From assembly GCF_001194135.2 (NCBI RefSeq), contig NC_068981.1:93977916-94014547 (forward strand): 36,632 nucleotides of DNA, in the 5' to 3' direction. Positions 20,654-31,548 of the stretch are shown piece by piece. The DNA comes from Octopus bimaculoides. Taxonomy: Eukaryota. The position numbers and the translations under genes were made by a program. Within the stretch, counting starts at the first letter, position 1; every line of letters begins with the position of its first letter. The notes under the pieces are model-generated. The model did not search any database and was not told where the DNA came from. It was given only the letters and a program-made list of their open reading frames with translations.

Positions 20654-21624
20654 TTCAAATTGTAAATACAATGATGCTAGTCAATCCAATCCTCAGCTGC
20701 TGAGAACCCTATGTTCTGACTCTGAGGTTTAAATTTACAGTGAGCTATTTATTTGTAACAACTGAAAGCCAATGATGCTGAAACTCTATCTGTACCTTGA
20801 AGGATTTTGTAACAGAAATTTGCTTTATGTTCAACTCCTCTACAGATAATCCCAATAAGGCAGCCTCTACATGTTTACTCAATCTGCAACAAATAGCTCC
20901 TAAATTCTGTCAAATCACACCTTATTTTTAAAAAAGAGCACAGTAGTTAATGTGATCTTAGATAAAAAAAAAATAATAACCTGGAATGGCTTTAATGATT
21001 GGCATTCTCAATAAGGGCTGAAAAACAGCAAACTAAAATATAATTCTTCTTGGTAATTCCAGTGGCTCAACATCATAAAGTGATATACAAAGAACTGTGA
21101 TTATTGTATTTAAATTTATAAAGATGGCAATACACTTCAGTTCAGTAACTGCTGAAGAACTTCTTGAAAACTTCCATCAGTTTATTTTACCAATTTGCAA
21201 TTTTTTTCTATTTGCTCTTTTGATTGTTCTTTAACCCTACCTCAGCCTTGATCAAGTAGGTCTGTGATCAAAGCTATTCCAGCCATGATCAGTACATTTT
21301 CCTTCACCACCACCCCACCCTATATATCTACAACTACATTGTTGAATATGTTATTCCTTTTTCTGATGTAATTTGGGAGAGACTTTGCTGCTATTTCTTG
21401 CAAGTCAAGTACAGCACAACAGCTTCCTTGTTCTCTGCAGGATGATTTTGGCTAAAATATCTAATACTCTTTTGACTGTTGTCAACTCACCATCAAAGGA
21501 TATATTCCAATTGCTTGTGTAACACTCCATTTGCTTGTGAATTGAATTAACTGAGATATCATTTGTGTAAGAAATAACCATGATCTTTTCATAGCATTTC
21601 ATTTTTACTAAAGATATATACCTT

Positions 21625-22371
21625 TGTAGTGAAACCTCTCTCTCGAGTATTTATTTACAAATGATAACGAAGCAGCTAACATCTAGCTTTTGGCCGCTTG
21701 GACCCTTGTGTCCATCACCCTGATTGGCTCTTATTTGTGCGGAATTTGTCAACAGTTGTTTCGCACCAGGGTGCATACTGACCAATTGTGGCCTTAAGTT
21801 TTTGTGCTGTTTCCGGAGCCCTTTTTTATCTATAAATAGCACTGCTTCATCCACGCCAGTTTGTCGCGACCTTAGAACTTTTCAGATCTAGTCGTTGACC
21901 ACACTCAGAACACAGCTCCAGCCAGTTTCCAGCGCCAACGTCAACACCACCACCAGAGAACACATACAACAGCAACCGCGGTTCCGTCTCAACACTGTTT
22001 GTGTAAATTGTTTCCACCTCGAAAATAACAGCCAGAACCAACCTGCGAGAATCTTCTGTACCAAGTAACCGGTTCCAGCATCGACGCTCAACTTCACACA
22101 CAACATGTGACACCTCAGCTCTGCTATTCAGCCACAACCTTGTGTGTACAGACATTCTACCTACTGTGAAACTCTTCTATGAACTGGTACTTTCTTATCT
22201 TGTGTTCAGGACTCTGATAGTCTATGTTACAGGCACTTATTCTATGTTCTGTATTTCTCACTCACACACAGGCATATTATGTTAAACACTCTTGTTCACA
22301 CGACGGTCCGTAATGAGGATATCAGGTCTCTATAACCAAGCCATACATCAGCTGAGCAAACCTGACATTAC
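21625..22371 (+). mobile_element. Candidate solo LTR
   Basis: Starts TGTAGTG, ends CATTAC; internal GATTGG at about 21723 and TATAAATA at about 21831; GC- and CpG-richer than flanks; no clean TSD. Confidence 0.45.
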
Positions 22372-22381
22372 TTCTGTTTAA

Positions 22382-22530
22382 CCCTTTAGTATTTAAACAG
22401 GCCATATCCGGGCCAAATATTGTTTTATGTTCAAATTGGCCAGATCTGGTTTCTCACACCTACCCTGCAATTTCATTCTAAAAAATTAACTGTTTCCTCA
22501 TCAAAATCTCACAGCTACAAGGTAAAGCAT
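22382..22530. mobile_element. TTAA MITE copy, right end missing
   Basis: TTAA|CCCTTTAGTATTTAAAC..ggccatatccgggccaaatatt; same family as 8995 and 24921. Confidence 0.75.
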
Positions 22531-22554
22531 GATTAATTCAAAACTTTCAACACT

Positions 22555-22898
22555 AATGTGAAGGTACACAGCTTAGTGGTTAAAGCATCCAGCTCACAAT
22601 CATGAGGTAGTGAGTTCGATTCCCAGACCAAGCTGTGTAGTTGTATTCTTGAGCAAGACACTTTATTTCATGTTGCTCCAGTTCACTCATCTGTAGAAAT
22701 GAGTTTTGACATCACTGGTGCCAAGCTGTATCAGCCTTTGCCTTTTCCTTCAATAACATTGGTGATATGGAGAGGGGAGGCATGGTATGCATGGGCTACT
22801 ACTGGTCTTCCATAAACAACCATGCCCAGACTTGTGCCTCGGAGGGTAACTTTCTAGGTGCAATTCCATGGTCATTCATGACCAAACGGGGTCTTTAC
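22555..22898 (+). mobile_element. tRNA-derived SINE family C, full length
   Basis: Box A cagcttagtggtt, box B gagttcgattcc, body ending gggtctttactc. Confidence 0.8.
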
Positions 22899-23004
22899 TC
22901 TTGCGTCAAGACAAAGAAAAAATATCACTCACAGGTTTATTTACAGCCTAATTTTATTGTCATTATTTTTAATTTATTCAACATTCAATACATACAGTCT
23001 GTTG

Positions 23005-23010
23005 TTTATT
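23005..23010 (-). terminator. First NDUFS3 polyadenylation signal AATAAA
   Basis: tttatt on plus, 35 nt past the stop; more copies at about 22935-22978. Confidence 0.55.
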
Positions 23011-23045
23011 AAAAGATTCTGTAACTTTCTAACAAGTGTTTGTAG

Positions 23046-23225
23046 TTATTTCTTTTCTTCAACTTTTCCACTTTCAACTTGCTTCAAAGCAATTTCCTGA
23101 GCTTCGTTTGTTTCTCGGTAATTGCGGTATGTTTCCCAAGGTGTACTGTATTCAAACTTACGAAACTCTTGCGTCATTTCCAGGGGTTCAATGACAACAC
23201 GTTGTAACTCATCATCATAACGAAC
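23046..23225 (-). CDS. NDUFS3: NADH dehydrogenase Fe-S protein 3, exon 6 ([31 protein letters not shown]...KK*)
   Basis: ctttgtag acceptor, phase 0, TAA at 23048-23046; conserved complex I 30-kDa C-terminus. Confidence 0.97.
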   Translation of the reverse strand, partial: VRYDDELQRVVIEPLEMTQEFRKFEYSTPWETYRNYRETNEAQEIALKQVESGKVEEKK

Positions 23226-23949
23226 CTACAAAGAAAGTTAATTCAAAACATTCAACATTAATATTTTATTGCAGAACACTAGCAACAAATAAATAGTGTA
23301 ATAAATTACTTAAAACCCAAGGTAACACATATTTAGTAAACAGCTACTTAACAGAGAATTCCTAATAAAACACTGAAGCAGCAATAATATGTTAGTAAAC
23401 TGATATAAGAAAGTTGAACCACAATCAGCTTAATATGTGACTAACTGGGAATTTAATATATGACCCCTGTGAGTTTCAGCGATGCTCACCATGCTGCAAT
23501 GACTTAAGATCATATATTTGGTTAGCTGTTCTTCCTTCTCAAATCAACAAATAAAATACTTTATTCTTTTGGAATCTAAAATTTATTCCTGTAATATGTT
23601 AAACAACTACTCAGCCAAAAAAACAGTACCAATTGTTCAGCAAACAAGATGTTAGAATACTGCTTATCCAATGGGTGGTCATGGCTAGAATAACTTTGAT
23701 CAGAGATTTGCTTAATCAAAGTTGAACTTAGGCTAAAGAACAACAACAGAAGAGAGGGTTTGTAATACTTGAAATATTGGTTAAGGATTCAGAACCACAG
23801 TTGATAGAGTTATTAGAATTCCAGTGCAATATTGTTCTGATATAACTGAAAAATCTTTTGTTAACTTGTAGTGATATATTCAAATCAGAACACAGGCTGC
23901 TCAAAAGATTGGTCAAATCCACAGGTGTAGTCTCGAGTTCAATCCCACA

Positions 23950-24175
23950 GCACAACACCTTGGGTAAATATATTCTACTATAGCTTTGTGATGACTGTAA
24001 ATAAGCATCACCATCATACAAAAGATTGCTCATTTCCAATCTTCTGAGATAAACATGCCTCGTCATGGGAAATATTACTTTGCCTGTAAACAAGTGAAGC
24101 AAACAGGAAGGGCATCCAGCCATGAAAATATCTAATTCAACAAATTATGTCTCAGGCAATGTTAAATGATGATTT
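23950..24175 (+). mobile_element. SINE family A, degenerate
   Basis: caccttgggtaaatatattctactatagc..gggaaatattactttgc..ggaagggcatccagcc..ttaaatgatgat. Confidence 0.6.
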
Positions 24176-24468
24176 AATGGTTTCAGTCAGAGGATGAAAA
24201 GCAGGACCCATGAGTCCTTTTTCATGAGCTCTGTAAGTGGTTACACTCAAATTGTCCAAATGTTTGCAATAGAATGGGCTTTGCCAAAAGCACCCAAGGG
24301 CCAGGTGGTGCTCTTAGACTTGGAGAGAAATTAAGTCTTCAAACAAAGTCTATACACTGGACTTCTATACAGCTTCCATGTACCAAATTTCACTTATAAG
24401 GCTATGGTAGCAAAATCTCACCCAAAGTGCTCTTCTTAATCATACAGCTATACTTGTACCCTCAAAAC

Positions 24469-24810
24469 CAGTGGTTCTCAACTAAGGTCCATATAACCCC
24501 TGAAGGTCCATATAAGATCTTTGGGGGGGCCGTGCAAGTAAAATAGTAAATTAGGGAACCATAGTAGTATTTTAAGGATCCAAGAAAAAAATTTGCTTTA
24601 AATTTATTTATTGCAAGAAACAGCTAGGTTTCTTTCTCTAACATTTTAGATAGTTCAACATACACAAGTTTATGTGCGAAAAATAAAATAGGAATTTTGA
24701 AAGTATCCATAAAATTAGTTTTTTAAATATTGAATGGCTATGAGGGCCCACCAGAATAAAATAGTAATCAAAAGGGTCTGTAGATAAAAAAAAATGATTG
24801 AGGACCCCTG
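24469..24810. mobile_element. hAT-type MITE (342 bp)
   Basis: TIR CAGTGGTTCTCAA/TTGAGGACCCCTG; 8-bp TSD ctcaaaac/ctctaaac (7/8). Confidence 0.8.
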
Positions 24811-24920
24811 CTCTAAACCATACATTAGTACCAACACTCTTTAACCATTACAGCAATACCTGCACTCTCTTAATCACACAGCCATATCTGTACCCTCTAA
24901 ACCATACAGTACTCTTTTAA

Positions 24921-25117
24921 CCTTTTAGCATTCAAACCAGCCATATCTGGCCAAAATATTTAATCTGTTTACATTGAAATTGGCCAGATCTGTCCTCTCA
25001 ACTCAACCCTACAATGTCTTTCTAAAACTAAACAATCGCATCATTGAAATCTCTCAACTTCAAGATAATGCATGTTTAATTCAAAACAGTATAAATAAAC
25101 CAACATTATATTTGGCA
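24921..25117. mobile_element. TTAA MITE copy
   Basis: TTAA|CCTTTTAGCATTCAAACCAGCCATATCTGGCC; same family as 22382. Confidence 0.75.
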
Positions 25118-25193
25118 GATAGAGAGAGAGAGAATACTGTTGTTAAGATGATATTTTCGAAAGCTACAATAGATTTACTGATATAAAGCTTAC

Positions 25194-25313
25194 TTCCGTG
25201 AATCCTGAGAGAGGGAAGTCTTTCCTAAAAGGATGGCCATCAAAACCATAATCTGTTAAAATGCGCCGCAAGTCAGGATGGTTAGCAAAAAATACTCCAT
25301 ACATGTCCCAAAT
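25194..25313 (-). CDS. NDUFS3: NDUFS3 exon 5 ([40 protein letters not shown])
   Basis: Complex I 30-kDa signature [17 protein letters not shown]; ttttag acceptor, gtaagc donor; 120 nt. Confidence 0.98.
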
Positions 25314-25383
25314 CTAAAAAAAAGTTGATTTAAATATTTAAATAAAGAATATATACAAACATATACATGTGTGTATGCATGTG

Positions 25384-25424
<41 letters not shown>

Positions 25425-25849
25425 ATTTTTCTTCTGAGATATGAGTATTTCTATCTTTTGTACTCAGTTTATTTCCTGTGAGATAATAAGAGCAGTACTT
25501 AATGAGTAAACCACTCCATATAGCATTCATTATCTGGAAAAGGCCTTTCACACATGACTATGCTCTATAACAGTCTGGCAGTTACTAAGAAAACTACAGG
25601 TGAATGGCTTATGAGAACTGTGCAAACCATATACAGAGATGCTGTCAGCAAAGTGAAAGTTAGTGAGGAACTTAGTGTGCAATTAGGTATCCAGTAGGTA
25701 TCCATCACGTTCCAATAATCAGCTGCCTTCCTCTTTATTATAGTTCACTTGGCCATAGAGTAGAGTTTAAGATAGAGAGTCTTTGTGAACTTCCATTTCT
25801 TCACTATACTATAGTGAAGAAATTCCAAATGAAGAAGGAAAACCAAGAA

Positions 25850-26170
25850 CTGAGATATGTTAAGGTAAACCTAACAATGACAATAGTTTTAACTGGTAGG
25901 AAAGAAAACAAGACTTCCTAACCATCTGGGAATAGTTGAATCATATGCAGAAAAGGAGTAGGAAAAAAATGCATATGGTGAACCCAATGTAAACTATAAA
26001 TGTACAAGGAGAACAATGGGATAAAGTAGGTACACAGAGAAGAACTTTAAATGAAGTGGATTAGCAATTGTGCAGGGGTATTTAACTGAAATATCACCAA
26101 TAAAACAAATTCAGTAGCCCAGAAGGCTTCTATTATCTAGGTGACTTAATTAACAATGGAAGGTGTTCCT
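25850..26170 (+). mobile_element. Old RTE RT-region remnant
   Basis: Degenerate KVNL..T.VL..RK..K...C.KGVG.N and ggcttctattatctaggtgacttaatt (F.YLGDLI), paralleling 9757-9840. Confidence 0.6.
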
Positions 26171-26393
26171 AAGCACATACATAATCATCACTACTTCACC
26201 CCTTATTTCTCTATGCTTGCAAAGGTTTATTATAGACATGTCAACGCTAACCATCTCAAATAATGATGACCCAGCACCTTTGAGACCTCACCATTTCTTG
26301 TTTCTTCCATCGAAACACCAGTGCTTGTTCTGGTATTGTTATTCTATATATCGCTGGTGGGGAGATGAATCACTGCTATCTCTAGCAGTCAAA

Positions 26394-26442
26394 CGTCTAT
26401 CATTGATGAGACCAAAGAAGGTCGAAATCATGTGATCTGGTG
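26394..26442 (+). ncRNA. Hammerhead motif with C3>U change
   Basis: cgtcTATCA TTGATGA GACC-aaagaa-GGTC GAA ATCA-tg-TGAT C TGGTG. Confidence 0.55.
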
Positions 26443-27820
26443 ATCTCAGTGCTGGGAATTTATCTCCTCACTAGCAATATAAACAAGAGTAAATTTTGCA
26501 CCAAAAGCCAATATGAGAGTTTCACTCATGGTAACTACCAAAATATAGTTTGTTCTAATGGAACATCTATGTTTAAGTGGGGATAAATATTACTTCTCAG
26601 TATTAACACTGAGACTGTCTTTAATACATATCTTTCAACAAACTGTATATTAGTATGATACAGCACATTTTTCAAAAAATATGCTGTCTACATATTTAAT
26701 TCCTACCTATATCTTTTTTCCTACTTATGGAGCATAACAATTACTTCTTTCCCTTCAGTTATTCTCAAGCAGTGATTATTAACCTTTCATGTGCAGTCTT
26801 TGAGAAATATGTATGAAAGTATCAAACTTCCAACAACCCCCAAATCTGTTTCATACTAAAAAAAACAGATTGTTTACAAAAAAAATCTGAATTTCTTAAT
26901 AACTTTTGGTGAGAACAAAAAGGTTAGTTGAGATAAAAATTTGGGAATTTACAAACAACTATTTCCTGGTTATATTTAAACCTGCTGTACATATGTAGTG
27001 AACCAAAGTCAATAAATCTTGACATTAAATCAAGCTGTAGCTATTTCATTTAACTTAGATCACTAATGTTTTCAAGGAAGACAGACATTGTATATTTCAT
27101 TTACTTTCTCATCAAAATAAACAGTTAATAGAAAAAAATCAATATATAATTCTAATTAGAAAAAGCCAAGCAAAGCATTGATTGATAAGTATAAACTTGA
27201 TGAGAATATCTGACAACTCTTTTTCATCAACTCCTTTTCTAATCCAGATTATCTATATAATTCATTTGAAATTAGGCATATTCCTCTAACACATATACAC
27301 AGCACAAATACTATCAAAATAAGGTAGATGTATATGAGCATGAAAGTATGTTTGTGAATGAAAATACTTTTTTACTACATTCTACTTTACTGAATCAATT
27401 CAATAATCTTTTATTCCATTTTATTTTCACAGACATAAGTAATATTTCATATTCTTCAAAATTCTATAACTGACAAGAAGAATAACTATCACAGTTATTC
27501 TAAAAGTCAGACCTAACACAGCCTATTTGTTAATATAAGGGAAAAATTATGAACTAAAATAATTATGTAAAGCTAATTAAAAGATCAAAAGCTAAAGAAT
27601 TCTTAATTTAAGATTAGACGTAACTATATCTACTTCTAAATACATCTGTACTGTTGCCAATAAATGTTATTAGCATTGTTTTAAATTAATTCCAACAGAT
27701 TATTTTTAATGGCACCATAGAGGAACCAACTTCATATTACATGCAACATGCTATTCAAACTCATTTCACAAAATATCAACATTACATAGAAAATTTAGAG
27801 ATTTCATGCACGTAACTTAC

Positions 27821-27946
27821 TTCTCTTTCATACCAATTGGCTCCAGCAAAAACAGAACAGATTGAGTCAAGAGGGGTCAGTTCATCAGTGTATGTTTTTA
27901 CACGGATCCGAGCATTGTAATTCAGGGAAAGAAGAATATACACAAC
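27821..27946 (-). CDS. NDUFS3: NDUFS3 exon 4 ([42 protein letters not shown])
   Basis: ttttcag acceptor, GAA|gtaagt donor; 126 nt, phase 0-0. Confidence 0.98.
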
Positions 27947-28049
27947 CTGAAAATACAAAGCAGATAAAAAGTGTTTAAAGACATGTATAAATATCCACAA
28001 AGTACTGCATAAGGTACATAGTGAAAGGTTATCAATATGTAATAATTAC

Positions 28050-28265
28050 TAAGGTGGCAGGCTGGCAGAATCATAAGCATGCCAGGCAAAAATGCTTAGC
28101 AGCATTTCATCTGTCTTTACTGAGTTCAAATTCCACCAAGGTTGACATTGCCTCTCATCCTTTCAGAGTCAATAAAATAAATACCAGTAGAGCATTGGGG
28201 TTGATGTAATCAACTTACTCCCTCCCATCAAAATTGCTGGCCATGCACCAAAATTTGAAACCAAC
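28050..28265 (+). mobile_element. tRNA-derived SINE family B
   Basis: ggtggcaggctggcagaatcataagcatgccaggc..gagttcaaattcc..aaatttgaaacc. Confidence 0.8.
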
Positions 28266-28654
28266 CTGTAACAATTCCAATTATATAAAAAGATGATCTT
28301 TAAAATCTTAACAGAAAGAGTGCTTTGTGGAGTCAGTTTTCTATGACTGTGGTGCTCATTTTTATTACTATAACACAAATTCCTTTGACAAAGTTTTCAT
28401 AAAGATACACTTCCTGATACCAGCTTATTTATGGATTAAACATTGACAGTGAGACATGGTTATTTAATCAGGGGGATCAGCAGAAGATGCAGAAATGCAG
28501 TAAAATGGATGAGTAAAATTAAGCTGTTGACAAAAGACGTGGGTTAGTGTCCTGCTGGCAGTCTTCAACTTATACTATCTAACAGGGATTTTCAACTCAA
28601 TAGTCACATGCGAGACATCATCCATGCGGACACATTTCTCTCCTATGACATCAT

Positions 28655-29855
28655 GATTCTCTTGCAACATGAAACACTTCAAGTCTTTGGTCCTCACAAC
28701 GCAGAACATTGGCAAATTTGTTCTTAACTGTTTCCCCTCTGGCTAAGTAAACCTGTCTCCTAGCTTCCCATCTGGCAATCTGATACAATTCCCTGCTACC
28801 ACCATCCTTCCATGCTTGTTTCTTTTCCTTAATGGCCCTTTCAACTAAATTGTTCCACCACCACATTACCTTTGTTCGAGAGAGGACTTTGCACCATCCA
28901 CAGATCTGGTCAGTAGCCTCAACAGGTTGTCCCATAGGAACCTCCAGTTGTCTTCTACATCATGCGATGCTATATCCCTCTCTATTTTGTCAAAAGCTTC
29001 GAGTAATATGTCTCTAAATCTCTGTCCATTCGCAGGATCCTTAAGGTTCCAGACCCTTCTTCTCCATGCTGACCATCCACTTAGCCCTGATCCTGAAGTT
29101 GCTAACTACTAATCTAAGTTGTGGGGTGCATTCTTCACCTGGGAAGATTTTGGCATTTATAAGTAGTCATCTTTCCCGTTTCCTGGCGGGGATATAATCA
29201 ATTTTACTAGTGTGTCCACCAGATTGGTGGTGAACAGGTGGCTGGCAGGTTTCCTGAAGTAAGTATTACAAACCATAAGATCATTTGCATTGCAGAACTC
29301 CAGCAGCCTGGTTCCCTCCTCTTGCGGGAACCAAAACCATAGCCTCCATATATGCCATGGAAGCCCCCTGCATGTTGTCCAACATGCCCATTGAGGTCAC
29401 CAGCTACAAAGAGAAGGTCCCTGTCATTCGTTGACAAGGTAATCTGCAGGAGGGTATCATAAAATCGGTTTTCCTGTTCATCAGATAGTCTCGGCTGAGG
29501 GGCATAGGCCGAGATAATGGTTGCTAAACCATGTTCCAGCACTAATCTAATCTTAAGTATTCTATCACAGATTCTGACTACCTCGATTACCTTCAACCCA
29601 TTTCTCTGCAAGAAGTATATCCACGCTCATGACCCTGTCAGCGTTCCCTGCCCAGAAAATCTTATACCTATGTTCTTTGCCTGTGAGGAACCCAGCAGAA
29701 CTTCTGCTCCACCTTACTTCTTGGATGCAGCACGAATCTACACGTCTCTGTTCAAGCATCTCAACAATCTCACCAGACCTACATTTCAGAGTGCCAACCC
29801 TGAGGATGTAGGATGAGAATATAGGAGGATGGGGAACAGCAGCATCATGTACATG
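28655..29855 (-). mobile_element. RTE LINE 5' half (APE domain and linker), frameshifted
   Basis: LRVGTL..CIQEVRW; IISAYAPQ; VAGDLNGHVG; WWWN..VERAIKEKK motifs across ORFs 29565-29912, 29207-29611, 28651-28935. Confidence 0.9.
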
Positions 29856-29989
29856 AAAAGAAAGCTCACATTTGGCAGGAGTCATTAACATACAATAGCC
29901 TTCAACCTGCATACACTACACCATCATTTTTCATGCACTACATATTCACTGCATTTCATAGGAGATAAAACCTAAGTAGGGATGGGGGG

Positions 29990-30660
29990 AACATTAAGCC
30001 TTTGGAGGTGTTCATGAGAGAGAGACGTCCGATAGAGGTCAGAGGATAGAGACTTCCAGTACAAGTGGTGGAAGTGGGAAGGGTGGACACACTGCGAAAC
30101 AGCAAAAAATTCAGGCTGCTGGTGTGAGAGAATAATGATGATATTAATGAGATAGAATTGGGTATTTGAATTCATAACTAGGGTTATGGTCAAGAGTTTT
30201 TGGTCAGCCAAACAGTGACAAAATTAGATAAATGAATGAATAAATGACAATAATAATAAGGATAATAATAATAAATGAGCGTGAAAGAGGGGGAGTTTGA
30301 TTGAGACGAAACTGTGTTTACATAGATAATGAAATAGATAGAATAATGAAATGAAATAAGAAGGTAATTATGATCTGCACTGAAATGAGAGATTTAGATG
30401 TGTGCTAGTTGAAAACAAAGTCTTTTATCTGAACATCTTCTGGTATTCTTGTCTGTTTGACGAAGTATTAAATATGAGATAGAGGAATCTGAATGAGCTA
30501 CTTTATATAGGGCGGGGTGAGAGCAAAGGGAGTGTTGGAAGAAGCAAGTGGTTATCGAAATAGAGAGAGAGAGAAACTAGAGTTAGGCTGGACGAAGACA
30601 GAGCACAAGGAGAAAGAATTTTTTGAGATTTAGGGTAACATAATTGAAAAGAATGGGTTG
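29990..30660 (-). mobile_element. Possible very old CR1-like LINE remnant
   Basis: Pyrimidine-rich minus strand; AVS..F..Y..SSDL weakly resembles CR1 RT C-termini. Confidence 0.25.
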
Positions 30661-30886
30661 ATGAGATACAATTGGGCACTGCAAAACAGCAAAAACCTAT
30701 GATATACTTTAGTCACTATTTCAAAACTGAATATTTTTGTGACATTTCAAGAAATAGCTATGATTTATATACTGTTCTAATCAGTATCTTTTAAACATCT
30801 ATATTTGCATAACAGCATAAATTAGATTGCTATGCAAATTAGATAATTGAATGTTGTTAAAGAAGCTAATGACAAGGTACTGATGC

Positions 30887-30969
30887 NNNNNNNNNNNNNN
30901 NNNNNNNNNNNNNNNNNNNNNNNNNNNNNNNNNNNNNNNNNNNNNNNNNNNNNNNNNNNNNNNNNNNNN
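30887..30969. other. Assembly gap (83 N)
   Basis: Run of N in NDUFS3 intron 3. Confidence 1.
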
Positions 30970-31119
30970 TATATCTAAATGCTGTAGATTGTTGTACCAA
31001 TCAGCTTTTAATGACTGGCTTTTCATACAAGCAAAGTAAGATCTGAACAAATCAAAATGATCAACTGAAACAATGAAACCAAGACAATAGAAACCATATA
31101 AAATCAAGACCATGATTAC

Positions 31120-31367
31120 CTCAAAACGATAAGGTTTTGTAGGAACATCCACACCAGCAATATCAACAATATTCAAATATTGTGCATTGTGATGATCCTT
31201 GAGGAAAGTTATGACAGGTACAATGCCATCCGGGTGAATCAAAACTTCAAGCTCATTGGAATGAGTTAGCTGAACCTTTTGAACGTATTTTGGTAAGCAA
31301 CTCCCAACATATTCACCAAAGTCAAATAGAGCCTTCTTCTCTAATGGTTTTTCAGGCCTAATTGTAG
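31120..31367 (-). CDS. NDUFS3: NDUFS3 exon 3 (PTIRPEK..FGEYVGSCLPKYVQ..IHPDGIVPVITFLKDHHNAQY..DIAGVDVP..RFE)
   Basis: ttttatag acceptor, GAG|gtaatc donor; 248 nt, phase 1 to 0. Confidence 0.98.
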
Positions 31368-31482
31368 CTATAAAAAAAACCCAGAAAAAATAGATGTAAC
31401 ATTTAATTTCATTTTACTTTTCTTGCATTTATAATAAATATTTTAGAAATAAGAATTTCCAAGGAAAGAAATCTTTACTTAC

Positions 31483-31548
31483 GTCGGGTTTCTTGGACTG
31501 TACTTTTGCATCGGTACAGTTGAGTGGCACCTACATTTGTTCTAAAAG
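31483..31548 (-). CDS. NDUFS3: NDUFS3 exon 2 (presequence, AFRTNVGATQLYRCKSTVQETR)
   Basis: ttttccatttcaattattag acceptor, C|gtaagt donor; 66 nt, phase 1-1; alternative in-frame AG at 31531-31532. Confidence 0.85.

Noticed and set aside
21651-22155. Minus-strand ORFs of 67-102 aa
   Set aside because: No recognisable domains; they reflect the higher GC content of the LTR-like block
22555-22630. tRNA gene
   Set aside because: Box A/B are present but there is no cloverleaf, and it continues into a SINE body; the same holds for the other SINE heads
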